A DNA stretch of 64,000 nucleotides from a virus: the IMG/VR virus record IMGVR_UViG_3300002835_007718, positions 20,023 to 84,022 of that record; one strand, 5' to 3'. Shown piece after piece: positions 29,489-39,447 of this stretch. Numbering within the stretch: the stretch's first letter is position 1; each line of letters opens with the position of its first letter. The notes below the pieces were generated by a model. The model did no database searches. It was not told where the DNA came from and saw only the letters and a program-made list of their open reading frames with translations. A program made the position numbers and the translations under genes.

Positions 29489-30484
29489 TTAAAATATATT
29501 TTCCCAATCTTCACCTTCGCCAGCCTTACTATAATCAGTAGGTCTAACTGCGAAAAAATCAGTATGTGTTGTTCCACCGGTTAAATGATAGAACCAACCC
29601 AATTCGTTAGCTGATTCTACATCAAAATCAAATAATTTTCCATCATACCCCAATTCGTTATACTTTTCATTAACTCTTCGTTTGATGAAGTTTTTAAGGT
29701 CGTCTTTTTTTAAGTTTTCAAGGTCACCCATTTCAAACATTTTATCAATGTAATTGAGTTCCAAGTCCAACATAATTTGTGCTGCTTCTTCAACAGCTGA
29801 TTTAGCTTTTACTTTTAAATCTGGATATTCGTCACACATATGTCTGAAAAGTTGACATCCCATTTTTGAGTGTAGAGATTCATCACGAACAGACCATTTC
29901 ATTTGTTGGCCAATACCTTTTAAAAGATTTCTCATTTGAAAAGAATAGAGAACTGCAAACGATGAATACAAAGCAACACCTTCTGCGAATGCGGAAAAAA
30001 TAGCGAGTGAACGAGCCACTTCGGTTCGAGCTTCATCACTCCATGTTAAGTCTTCGTATGTGTAATTGTTAGATACACCTGCTAGGTGTTCGAATCTTTC
30101 TGCGGTCGCAGGTTCATGTAAAAATGCGTTAAAATCATCTAAACCCAATGACTCGTTTAGATATGAATACGCTGTAGCGTGAATAGTTTCTTGTGAACCA
30201 AACATCATAGCCATGTGTTTGATTTCGTGTTTAGGAAACCAATTTGTAACCATTGTAGTCCAATAGTCTGAAACTGCACATTCAGTTTGAGCAAATCCCA
30301 AAAGAATATTACCAACTAAGTTTTTTTCAGATATTGACAAATTTTCATTCCAATCTTTAATATCCCCTTGCATTGGTATTTCAGTATGGAGCCAGAATGC
30401 TTGAGCTTGTTTTAACCAACCTTCGGTATAGTATTCTGGGTATTCAAAAGGTTTAAATGGGATGCGATTATCAAATAGGGACAT
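29489..30484 (-). CDS. nrdB: Ribonucleotide reductase class I beta subunit
   Basis: QETIHATAYS, AEGVALYSSF, RDESLH and DFF. Confidence 0.95.
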   Translation of the reverse strand: MSLFDNRIPFKPFEYPEYYTEGWLKQAQAFWLHTEIPMQGDIKDWNENLSISEKNLVGNILLGFAQTECAVSDYWTTMVTNWFPKHEIKHMAMMFGSQETIHATAYSYLNESLGLDDFNAFLHEPATAERFEHLAGVSNNYTYEDLTWSDEARTEVARSLAIFSAFAEGVALYSSFAVLYSFQMRNLLKGIGQQMKWSVRDESLHSKMGCQLFRHMCDEYPDLKVKAKSAVEEAAQIMLDLELNYIDKMFEMGDLENLKKDDLKNFIKRRVNEKYNELGYDGKLFDFDVESANELGWFYHLTGGTTHTDFFAVRPTDYSKAGEGEDWENIF

Positions 30485-30551
30485 ATAGTTTTTCCTGTAA
30501 ATTGTTAGACATAAATTGAAAATAGGTGATTATAGATATTGTAAATTTAAA

Positions 30552-31910
30552 TTAAAATCCAATGTCCCCCTTCATTTCTTTATATTTTTGAGCAAGTTCT
30601 TTTCTTACTAAACTCTCCCCACTTTTCATGTCTTTTTTCGTTTGTATACCATTAATGGAATCATCGTTATATATGTGAATTTGACCAGTTGAAAAGTTTG
30701 CTTTAGATGGAAATGTCATACCATCGGGGCCAAACCGATTTTTTATAACGTGCCATCGGCCAGTTCCAGCAAGTTTATCTTCAATTTTACGAGAAAGTGA
30801 TACAACAAAGTCAGCGGTCATCATTTTAGAAAATGAACCTGCAATCTTTACACCTGTAATAACATCATCTTCTGCGCCACTACGATTAATTTGAGATGCG
30901 GTATAAACAGGTACTTCGTATTCACCAGCCATACCACGAAGGTCTTCAATAATTTCTTCTAACTCTTCGTGTCTTTTTTCTTTTGCAGGTCCTCGTAACA
31001 AATCAGCATAATCAACAATTACAACATCCGGCTTTTTACCTTGTAAAATCATTTTGTCCATATGCGCTTTTAAAGAAGTAACACCTGCGGTTTTCGTTGG
31101 ATAGTGTTTTATAATAAGGTCACCTTTTACTCCTTGAATTGACTTTTTAACATCATCCATATTGTATTTTAAATTAGCGACCGCGATACCACTTAAAACA
31201 GCATCATAACGTTGACCCACATATCCATCATTTAATTCTAAAGTGTAATGAGCTACAATTTTACCTTGTTTCATCGCGGCAACTCCAATATTGATTAAAG
31301 ACCATGATTTACCAATACCCGGTGGAGCTGCAAACAAAACTAATTCACCTTTACCAAACCCACCCTGCGTTGCTTCATCAATAACATCCCAACCAGTTGA
31401 AACTACATTACGAACTGAATCTTCATATCGCTCGGTAATCATGGTTTTGTATTCATGCCCTAAATCCGAATCTTGGCCAGATTTCATAGCAGCATCAATC
31501 TTCTTTTTAATTACATCATACTTACCATCCTCTAAAAGTGTTACCGAATCAAGAATTGCGTTTTTAATTGATTGATTTTTACAAAAGTCAAGAACTTGTT
31601 CTTTTACATATTGTAAATCGTCACTTTCAAGGTGATTCCACGCGTATTTAAGAGTGTCAATTACGGAAGTTTTAAGAACATCACGGTCAATACTATTAAT
31701 TTTAACTTTGAGGACATCTAATGTCGGCATTTTTTCATATTGGTCAAAATACTGAAGAACTGATTTAACCAACCACTCCGATGCTTCGGAGTCAAAATAT
31801 TCTGGCTTAATAATATCATAGACTTGCCGTGTAAATGGCTTATCTGATATTAACGCAGATATTACTTTGTGTTGAAATGTGGTATTGAATTTACTTCCGA
31901 ACTTTTCCAT
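30552..31910 (-). CDS. Replicative helicase (gp41/DnaB-like)
   Basis: APPGIGKS, VDYADLL, SQINRSG and KNRFG. Confidence 0.93.
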   Translation of the reverse strand: MEKFGSKFNTTFQHKVISALISDKPFTRQVYDIIKPEYFDSEASEWLVKSVLQYFDQYEKMPTLDVLKVKINSIDRDVLKTSVIDTLKYAWNHLESDDLQYVKEQVLDFCKNQSIKNAILDSVTLLEDGKYDVIKKKIDAAMKSGQDSDLGHEYKTMITERYEDSVRNVVSTGWDVIDEATQGGFGKGELVLFAAPPGIGKSWSLINIGVAAMKQGKIVAHYTLELNDGYVGQRYDAVLSGIAVANLKYNMDDVKKSIQGVKGDLIIKHYPTKTAGVTSLKAHMDKMILQGKKPDVVIVDYADLLRGPAKEKRHEELEEIIEDLRGMAGEYEVPVYTASQINRSGAEDDVITGVKIAGSFSKMMTADFVVSLSRKIEDKLAGTGRWHVIKNRFGPDGMTFPSKANFSTGQIHIYNDDSINGIQTKKDMKSGESLVRKELAQKYKEMKGDIGF

Positions 31911-31913
31911 ATG

Positions 31914-31951
31914 ACTACAAATATACAACTTTATTTTAAGATATCAAAATG
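31914..31951 (-). promoter_or_regulatory. Host-type promoter
   Basis: Minus strand TTTGATATC...GTTGTATATTTGTAG. Confidence 0.6.
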
Positions 31952-32986
31952 CGTTTTTAAATTATTTTCTAAAGATGTAAATGAGTTTCGTAGCCACGAA
32001 TCAACATTAGCAAACGTAGTATAAAGTTTGTCATACATGAACATTTTTTTAAATTCTACCAAATCCAATTGAGGTCGGTGAGAATCCATAAGAGTTCTTA
32101 TATTTGAAGTAATGGATGATGATATTTCGGGATTTTTTAATTGCATCAATCTATAATTTATTTCAATAGTTTTAGAATTTTCAATTAACTTTTGAGACAA
32201 TTTAGAATCACATTCTGTTTTAATTTTAGACATAAACGTATCTAAATCAAACTCACCTTCATTCAAAAATGACATTTTACTATGAATTGTTTTTTCTCCA
32301 ATACCACGAACCCCATCAATATTATCAGACTTATCGCCTGTAATAACACGATAGAAAACAAGATTTTGTGGGATTACACCATATTCTTCTTTTACAAGCG
32401 ATTCATCATACATTTTCTTTTTTGTAGTTGCCCACACTTTAATACGAGGGTTTACCAACTGAAGAAAGTCTTTATCAGATGAAACAATTGTAACTTCTTT
32501 TTTAAAATAATGATTAGCAAGATATGCAATAATATCGTCAGCCTCTACATAATCAATATAAGTAAGAGATATTGGTAACACTTTAAGATATTCAATTAAT
32601 CTAGCAAATTGCTTTTTCATTGATTCTTGTTGGTCTTCTAAATCCTCATAACCAGCTAATCGGTTAATTTTAGTTAAACCAGTTCTACCTTCTTTATATT
32701 CCTTATAATAACTTTTTCTACGATTAGACCCACCCTTACCATCAAATACTATAATAACACGAGTTGGTTTTAATGTTCTGATAGTTGCGGCGGTGGACAG
32801 TAAAAATCCTGTCACACCACCACAATGTTCACCATCATCATTTAAGGCTGGAACTGCCCCAAAAACACGAATGAATTGATTTAATCCATCTACAATTAGA
32901 ACATGGTCATTAAGTTCTTCATTTCGAATTTCGGTATGTTCTTTTTTTACCTCTTTAAGGAGTTCCTTATACCTATTAATCATCAA
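31931..32986 (-). CDS. 5'-3' exonuclease / flap endonuclease (T4 RNase H-like)
   Basis: LIVDG, VFDG, YKEGR, EADDII, SSDKDFLQL and GDKSDNI.GV.GIG. Confidence 0.93.
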   Translation of the reverse strand: MMINRYKELLKEVKKEHTEIRNEELNDHVLIVDGLNQFIRVFGAVPALNDDGEHCGGVTGFLLSTAATIRTLKPTRVIIVFDGKGGSNRRKSYYKEYKEGRTGLTKINRLAGYEDLEDQQESMKKQFARLIEYLKVLPISLTYIDYVEADDIIAYLANHYFKKEVTIVSSDKDFLQLVNPRIKVWATTKKKMYDESLVKEEYGVIPQNLVFYRVITGDKSDNIDGVRGIGEKTIHSKMSFLNEGEFDLDTFMSKIKTECDSKLSQKLIENSKTIEINYRLMQLKNPEISSSITSNIRTLMDSHRPQLDLVEFKKMFMYDKLYTTFANVDSWLRNSFTSLENNLKTHFDILK

Positions 32987-34112
32987 AATCAGTTAATTCA
33001 ACATTATCAATGTTTGATTCAGCACTTGATTCTTTATAAGACATAATATATGTTTTACAAATGTCGTTATAGATAGTTTCTTTCATTTCGGGTCGATTTA
33101 ATAAAATCTCTTCAAAATTTTTGGCTTGAAATTTAATTTCTTCACCAGTTTCAACATCTACATAAGTATACCAAGCCCCACTCTGACTTACAAGTTTGTA
33201 GGTCTTCATCATTTCCAACCAAGAACCATAATTATCAATACCACTATCAAAATAGATATCATAATCAATAGAACGGAGCGGCGGCCCCATACGATTTTTA
33301 ATAACTTGAGCACGCGTCTTAATACCTACTACTTGCTCTACACCACCAATTTTTGATTTTAATTGACCCATTTGTTTCAATCGAATACGACATGATGAGT
33401 GGAATGCAATTGCTTTACCGCCACTTGTAGTCCACGGGTCTCCAAAAGATACACCCATACGGGTACGAAGTTGGTTTGTAAAGATAAGACAAATTCGTTC
33501 GCGGCCAATTAAGTTTGTAACTTTCCGCATTGCCTTAGAGATAATAATTGCTTTTTGAGTAGCATAACCAGCTTGGTCATAATCAGCAGAAATCTCAACT
33601 TTTGTAGATGCGCCCGCAACGGAATCAACCACAATAGTAACTAATTTCTTTTTATCACCTTCAGCGGTGCGGATTGACTCAATAATAGAGTCAATTGCTT
33701 CAAAGATGTCTTCCACAGTTTCCAATGGAACATATAACATCTTTTTAATGTCAACGCCGATGGCCATCAGAAAGTCCTGATTCATTGCGTTTTCGGTGTC
33801 AATGTAAACTCCAAAGCCACCTTTCTTTTGCGTGTCAGCAATAGCGTGAGCTGCGAGTAATGATTTACCACTTCCTTCTAAGCCTGTAATCTCCGTGATA
33901 CGACCCACAGGCAAACCGCCATTGGGGCGGTTTGCAATTGCGAGGTCTAACATTGGGGAGCCGGTAGATACCCATTCATCCAAATCGGTGGGTGTTTGTT
34001 CCGACCCATCCAAGAAAAACGCTACCTTATGGGCAGTTTTGAATTTCTTGTTGAGATTATTAGCCAGAATGGAAGATAGTTCATCGCGAGATGATTCTAC
34101 TTTCTTAGCCAT
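32976..34112 (-). CDS. recA: RecA/UvsX recombinase
   Basis: GLEGSGKS, VVDSVA, NQLR and GGKAIAFHSS. Confidence 0.95.
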   Translation of the reverse strand: MAKKVESSRDELSSILANNLNKKFKTAHKVAFFLDGSEQTPTDLDEWVSTGSPMLDLAIANRPNGGLPVGRITEITGLEGSGKSLLAAHAIADTQKKGGFGVYIDTENAMNQDFLMAIGVDIKKMLYVPLETVEDIFEAIDSIIESIRTAEGDKKKLVTIVVDSVAGASTKVEISADYDQAGYATQKAIIISKAMRKVTNLIGRERICLIFTNQLRTRMGVSFGDPWTTSGGKAIAFHSSCRIRLKQMGQLKSKIGGVEQVVGIKTRAQVIKNRMGPPLRSIDYDIYFDSGIDNYGSWLEMMKTYKLVSQSGAWYTYVDVETGEEIKFQAKNFEEILLNRPEMKETIYNDICKTYIMSYKESSAESNIDNVELTDFDD

Positions 34113-34117
34113 AAATT

Positions 34118-34882
34118 TTAATTATCGTTGAAAAGGTCTTCGAACGCGTCTTTCACACTTGCGCCAGGAGATGAGGTGGTTGTAACAGCGGTGGTGTCGG
34201 CGGTAGATACTTCTTTAGAATCTTCTACTTTACCAGTTTCCAACCATTGCTCTAACATACCTTGCATTTCATCATAGGAAGCACGTTTAAACATTGTAGA
34301 CAAATCAATTTGTTCCTTTGTCAAGTTCAAAATATTTTTGTCCTCTGAAATAGAGGTTTGACTTGGTTTTACACGAATGTAAGTTTCAGGATAAGATTTG
34401 CCAACTTCAGCAGCAGTTTTAAATTCTACTGTGATGTCACGACCACCTACTGGGTCAGTTAAATCACCATAATCAGGATCAGCAAAAAACCCAAGAAGTT
34501 CTTGATAAACATTTTTACCAAACCCCCAAAATTTAACACCTTCAGATTCTTCACCACGAACCAAGATAGGAACATAGGTGCGCATTTTTGGTGTCAATTG
34601 ACGAGATAGTTGGTAATCATCACGATTACCAGTTGCCTTCAACTTTTCAGCAAACTCCACAAGTGGGTCAGCCTCACCAAAAGATATTGGAGAGATGATG
34701 TTTTTACCACCAAAGTCAAAATGGAAGTAAAGTTCAATAAATGGGTTGTTGGGATTGTGGACATAAGGAATAATCCTTACTTGCTGCTTACCCGGAGTGG
34801 GTTTCCACAAATTGTCAGTCTTTGTTACTTTTGTCTGAAGAGTATTCAGACGATTGCGAATTGCGTTTAAGTCAATAGCCAT
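34118..34882 (-). CDS. Single-stranded DNA-binding protein (gp32-like)
   Basis: LWKP, VKFWGFGK, DLTDPVGGRD and an acidic C-tail FEDLFNDN; upstream of recA. Confidence 0.8.
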   Translation of the reverse strand: MAIDLNAIRNRLNTLQTKVTKTDNLWKPTPGKQQVRIIPYVHNPNNPFIELYFHFDFGGKNIISPISFGEADPLVEFAEKLKATGNRDDYQLSRQLTPKMRTYVPILVRGEESEGVKFWGFGKNVYQELLGFFADPDYGDLTDPVGGRDITVEFKTAAEVGKSYPETYIRVKPSQTSISEDKNILNLTKEQIDLSTMFKRASYDEMQGMLEQWLETGKVEDSKEVSTADTTAVTTTSSPGASVKDAFEDLFNDN

Positions 34883-34917
34883 AGTTTTCTTTTTTTTAAT
34901 TGTTAATTGTTAAACTT

Positions 34918-34955
34918 GTCACTAATATACAACATCTGGGTGACAATTCCAAATG
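34918..34955 (-). promoter_or_regulatory. Host-type promoter of the SSB-recA operon
   Basis: Minus strand ATTTGG...GTTGTATATTAG. Confidence 0.6.
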
Positions 34956-35017
34956 TATTTCAAAAATTTTTTAATTTTTAGTTTTGTGGTATTACCCACT
35001 TGTATAAATATGTAAAA

Positions 35018-35407
35018 TTATTTATTGACATCAACAATTTTAAATAAAGATGTTTTCATAATTTTATATCCGTTTCCATTGGTTAGAATAAGCGTATTTT
35101 GATACTGGTTCCAATTTATCTGATATTCTTTATCCACAATCCCACCATTTAATGAACTAATCAAAGAATTTAAAGCGTTGATTGTATACATGGTGTTTGA
35201 TTCTTTTTTTCTATGAACCATAATAGTTTCAGGAAGAAATTGATGACTATTATTAGCAACAATATTATAACTCACAACCAATTCGTTAGAAGGTTCTAAT
35301 TTTAAAATAAAAATTTTACGACTAAAAAGTTCGTATTTAAATACCTTTTCAATAATTGATTCAAATGATTCTTCATTTGTAAAGGTGCATAACAATTGTG
35401 TTTTCAC
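35018..35407 (-). CDS. Hypothetical phage protein
   Basis: 129 aa with QLLCTFT and VHRKKESNTMYTINALN. Confidence 0.7.
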   Translation of the reverse strand: MKTQLLCTFTNEESFESIIEKVFKYELFSRKIFILKLEPSNELVVSYNIVANNSHQFLPETIMVHRKKESNTMYTINALNSLISSLNGGIVDKEYQINWNQYQNTLILTNGNGYKIMKTSLFKIVDVNK

Positions 35408-35421
35408 TCATTTCTCCGTAA

Positions 35422-37056
35422 TTATTTTGTTCTATGTCTAAATAGTATTTTGGGCGAACCCTTATCTTCAGTTTTCATATCTACTTGTAAGAATGATTTA
35501 TCTTTACCACCCATATTGATTACAAGTTTTACACCATCGAATTTTACTCCAAATGGTGGTGTTGGATTACAATAATGGTCAGGTGATTTCATTTGGACAT
35601 CGCCTGTTTTTTTATTAATTACCTGCGTGTGAACATTCTGACCACATCCGTGAACATCCTTCCACATATCAGTTAATTTTTGCTGACCTTCTTTACTCTT
35701 TGATAGTTCTTCCATTTTGGATGAGAACTCACCAAGGTATGCTTGTTTTAAGTTTTTCTTTTGTTCAGCCTTTTCTTGGTCTGACATACTATCATTCCAA
35801 GCATACTTCTTTCTTAACTCACCAACTTTAGCATCAAGGTCTTTACCAATTTCACCCAAGTATGTAGCCCCAGCGTTATTAACGCCTGCGTTTTTCATTG
35901 TGATGTTTTTAGGGTCAGTATATGTTTTTGCGGAAATCTTCATAATTTGGTCGTTTCCATCTTTGTCTTTATACTGAATAATCAAATCCGTTGGGTCTAC
36001 TTTTGGGTCAATACCCAATTTAGCCAATGCAGTTTTACCCACACCACCCACTTGTTGAGCACCTGTAATTTGTGAGCCCTCTGGTAATGACGCTTTCATT
36101 ATATCAGCAGCCTTTTTGTTGATTGCGTCAAATTTAGCCTCATCACCACCCAAATCTTTTAGAGTTTTTTGAGTAGACTCATATGCAGCTTTGTTTTCAT
36201 CCGATGGGAACAAATATGATACAACACCTGACTCGTTGTGTTTACCACTCATATCAGCCAGAGCTCGGTCTTTGGCGCCACCTCTCATAGGGACATCAAT
36301 ACCTTCTTCTTGAATGATTTTGTTCATTTCTTCACTTACGGATGTTCCACTTGCACCTGTGAGGTGCTTGTAAGGTAAAGCGCTGTTTGGTGATAGATAA
36401 ATCTTCTTACCACCAGCGTGTCCTTCAATTAAATTATTGTCAGCCAACTCACGAACAGCTTGAACTCGTTCTTCACGAGTTTTTGCATTTACAAATTGGT
36501 CCCAATTTTGTTTTAAAACTTCAGCTCTTTGTAAAGTGTTTTCATCTTGACCAGCCAATAACTCATCTACTTTATTCAATTTAGCTTGTTCCGACTTTAC
36601 AGTTGCTGATGGAAATTGTTTTACTTCACCTTCCGGCTTATCTTGTTTTTCTTTTTGGGCCTTTTCAATTTCATCTTTACTTGGTGCAACGTGGGTTTCA
36701 GGATTTGGTTTTTTAACCGTGTATATGTTACCCGACTTTTTGTTTTTTACCCAACTATCCTCATCAAGGTTTTTTTCTTTGTTATGTAACTTATCTTTTT
36801 CAAGTTGAGTCATCATTCCCATCATGTCGTCTTCAAGTTCTTTTTCGGCAGGAGCTTCTTCTTTTTTAGAATCAGTTGGACTACCACCTTCTAAAATAGC
36901 CAATGCTATTTCTTTAGCTTGCTTTTCATCAAATTCTTCTAATAAAATTGAATATAACCCAGCAATTGACCTTTCGCTCAACGGATTGCTGTAAAGTTCG
37001 TATCCGACTTCATTCCACCATTTTTTTGAAATACGTTCAATGAGGAGTTTTTTCAT
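35422..37056 (-). CDS. Hypothetical protein with an acidic low-complexity N-region and a possible nuclease-like C-domain
   Basis: 544 aa preceded by the TATTTATA motif; PTDLIIQY...KISAK in the C-terminal part. Confidence 0.6.
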   Translation of the reverse strand: MKKLLIERISKKWWNEVGYELYSNPLSERSIAGLYSILLEEFDEKQAKEIALAILEGGSPTDSKKEEAPAEKELEDDMMGMMTQLEKDKLHNKEKNLDEDSWVKNKKSGNIYTVKKPNPETHVAPSKDEIEKAQKEKQDKPEGEVKQFPSATVKSEQAKLNKVDELLAGQDENTLQRAEVLKQNWDQFVNAKTREERVQAVRELADNNLIEGHAGGKKIYLSPNSALPYKHLTGASGTSVSEEMNKIIQEEGIDVPMRGGAKDRALADMSGKHNESGVVSYLFPSDENKAAYESTQKTLKDLGGDEAKFDAINKKAADIMKASLPEGSQITGAQQVGGVGKTALAKLGIDPKVDPTDLIIQYKDKDGNDQIMKISAKTYTDPKNITMKNAGVNNAGATYLGEIGKDLDAKVGELRKKYAWNDSMSDQEKAEQKKNLKQAYLGEFSSKMEELSKSKEGQQKLTDMWKDVHGCGQNVHTQVINKKTGDVQMKSPDHYCNPTPPFGVKFDGVKLVINMGGKDKSFLQVDMKTEDKGSPKILFRHRTK

Positions 37057-37068
37057 AAATATAAATAG

Positions 37069-38298
37069 TTAAATTACAAGCTTTACCATATTGCCATAAT
37101 TGTCACCAACCTCCACTTCGGTGGGAAACCCATCCGACTCCATAACTGCCTTTATCTTTTTGATATAGTCAATACCATCATCTTCATGGACATCAAATAA
37201 AATTGAGTCATAAGTATAAAGAATTGGTAACGAGTTTTGAGTCAATTTTAGTTGAAACAATTTTTCTAATATAAGTATGTTTCTTTCAGTCTCAACGGAT
37301 TGAAGAATGTAGTTAAATAACTTGTTTTTGTTTAAATCTTGGTTAAAAACGAGAGTTCTTTGTAAAATTGGGGTGTTTACGGACTTTTGCATTAAAAACA
37401 TACTCCATAACGAGTCAATATACTCCGATGTTTTACTAAAAAATGGGATGTGTTTGTAATCATCTTGAACACCCCCATATAATTGTCTAAATGTTATTGC
37501 TTTTGCATCTTTGATGTCCGCGCCATATTGATTAGCTAACCATTGGTGTGCTTTAATGTTTAATGGTATGTCTATACCAATTAGTTTACCAATCAACCGA
37601 ATGTGGTATCCATCAAAGTCGAGTTGATATAACTTACCATTTTTAAATCTTGATATAAATCGGTTACGAACCTCACCATCTTTTGGAAGTGCTGCATAGT
37701 TTACACCACCAAAAGTGTTTGATGGTCTTGATGTAGTAGTCAACATATTATATTGAGTGTATTCTATACCCGCTTGGGTGTAAAGTCCACTCTTTTCTAT
37801 CCAATTATACCCCTTTGGGTATAGTTGACTAAACTTATTGGAAATCACATTTTGTGATGTCCATTTATCTTTCCAATCTTGGAATTGTTCATAGTGTTTC
37901 CATATTGGAATAAGGTCATTTCCTCTTGGAGCTTTTCTCCTGCGGAACACTGTATAAATTGGTCGCTCATTAACCTCAAAATCTGACGCCTGATGGAATA
38001 ATCCCATCTCAAGGTCATACATATTAGGTAGGAAGTCATAGTGGTGTAAGAACTCTTTTAAACCCACTACCCACACCTCTTTGAATGACCCAAACTCTAT
38101 CTTATCCGTTACACCGCTTGCGTCTATATTATGGTAGTTTACAAATAAATCCAATTTACCATCTGAAATTATAATAGATGATATACGAGACATTCGTGGG
38201 TGTTTTTCTAAACTTGATAGAATAGGAAACACCACAACTTTTTCGGAAAGTTGGGAGAGATGTTTATGTAATTCTCCTTGCGTGTCTACTATTTTCAC
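37069..38298 (-). CDS. Divergent, compact family A DNA polymerase-like protein
   Basis: TTTSRPS, motif A LDFDGYHIRL, motif B AKAITFRQLYG, NYILQS and motif C TYDSILFD. Confidence 0.75.
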   Translation of the reverse strand: MKIVDTQGELHKHLSQLSEKVVVFPILSSLEKHPRMSRISSIIISDGKLDLFVNYHNIDASGVTDKIEFGSFKEVWVVGLKEFLHHYDFLPNMYDLEMGLFHQASDFEVNERPIYTVFRRRKAPRGNDLIPIWKHYEQFQDWKDKWTSQNVISNKFSQLYPKGYNWIEKSGLYTQAGIEYTQYNMLTTTSRPSNTFGGVNYAALPKDGEVRNRFISRFKNGKLYQLDFDGYHIRLIGKLIGIDIPLNIKAHQWLANQYGADIKDAKAITFRQLYGGVQDDYKHIPFFSKTSEYIDSLWSMFLMQKSVNTPILQRTLVFNQDLNKNKLFNYILQSVETERNILILEKLFQLKLTQNSLPILYTYDSILFDVHEDDGIDYIKKIKAVMESDGFPTEVEVGDNYGNMVKLVI

Positions 38299-38310
38299 AA
38301 ATTTTTATAC

Positions 38311-38730
38311 TTATATAAGTTTTACTTCAAAACGATTACGCATTTGTTCTAACTTATCTGATGGAACACCATGCTGATTTACTCCACCATGTCGGTTTTC
38401 TACTACAATAGTGAATACCATATATCCATACTTCTCTGCTAATTTAAAATACTCTTCCATTTCCCACTCTTGGGTAAATGTATTGGATACCACAATTTCA
38501 GGATAAAATTGTGGATTTACTTCATTATCCTTCATACGGGTTTCCACCTCATCTCTACACCACTTATGAGCTTCCCTTAATTTACTTGCATCAAAGTTAT
38601 AATTTCCTTCCGAATCATAAAAAAACTTATCAGCTTCACATACAGCATACTCATTCCAAATAAAATTTGAAAATGTTGATTTACCACTTCCTGGCAATCC
38701 TCTTACTAACGTTAATATTTTTGGTATCAT
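38311..38730 (-). CDS. P-loop kinase (AAA_33/PNK-like)
   Basis: RGLPGSGKST, EAD, VSNTF and HGVP. Confidence 0.8.
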   Translation of the reverse strand: MIPKILTLVRGLPGSGKSTFSNFIWNEYAVCEADKFFYDSEGNYNFDASKLREAHKWCRDEVETRMKDNEVNPQFYPEIVVSNTFTQEWEMEEYFKLAEKYGYMVFTIVVENRHGGVNQHGVPSDKLEQMRNRFEVKLI

Positions 38731-38734
38731 AATT

Positions 38735-39391
38735 TTATATTCTTTTTTCGTGATGGTCTTTAGGTAAAGATAGTTTCCTTACATCTCGACCTTTCATTAT
38801 ATTTAATACTTCATCCAATGAGATTGGTTTTAATTCGTTACCATCTACACCCACATCCATTGCTTTACCTTCGGCAACTCTAAGGTGTGGTGGTAAGTGA
38901 ACGTGTCCATGTAAGTGAACTACCCTATCAGCCATCCCATCCCAACTTGCAATTGGATAGTGCATACAAACAAATGTGAATTTATCCATCATACCTTTAC
39001 CAATTGTAGATGGTCTACGAACATCCAAATGTAGATAATCGTGAGTAGAACTGAATAGGTCTTGAATCCCTTCTTTGTTGTTTCGAATGTGGTGGTCATG
39101 GTTTCCAAACGTAAGGTGAATGTTTTTACAAACCAAGCGTGAACGGAATTCTTCAATCTTTTCAAATCCACCAAAAGACCAATCACCCAAGTGAATCAAT
39201 ACATCATCCTCACCAACTACCTCGTTGATGTTGTTAACCAACGTTGCGTTCATATGGTCTAAGGAGTTAAACTTACGAGTTAGATTCTCAGCACCCTTCC
39301 ATTGAGTTGTAGCGGAACAAATGTTCGCGTGTGAGTAATGGGTATCACTCGTAAAATATAACCTTTGACCTTTTTCTAAAACAAGTTTCAT
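38735..39391 (-). CDS. Calcineurin-like metallophosphoesterase
   Basis: SDTH, HLGD, GNHD, HYP and HGHVH. Confidence 0.9.
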   Translation of the reverse strand: MKLVLEKGQRLYFTSDTHYSHANICSATTQWKGAENLTRKFNSLDHMNATLVNNINEVVGEDDVLIHLGDWSFGGFEKIEEFRSRLVCKNIHLTFGNHDHHIRNNKEGIQDLFSSTHDYLHLDVRRPSTIGKGMMDKFTFVCMHYPIASWDGMADRVVHLHGHVHLPPHLRVAEGKAMDVGVDGNELKPISLDEVLNIMKGRDVRKLSLPKDHHEKRI

Positions 39392-39406
39392 ATCCTCAAC
39401 TTTATA

Positions 39407-39442
39407 TAACAAATATACTAATTCTATTTGAGATAGCCAAAT
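39407..39442 (-). promoter_or_regulatory. Host-type promoter
   Basis: Minus strand ATTTGG...TAGTATATTTGTT. Confidence 0.6.
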
Positions 39443-39447
39443 TTTAT

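Noticed and set aside
17683-34112. Inteins or introns in PolB, RNR, helicase or RecA
   Set aside because: Lengths are normal and motifs are contiguous.
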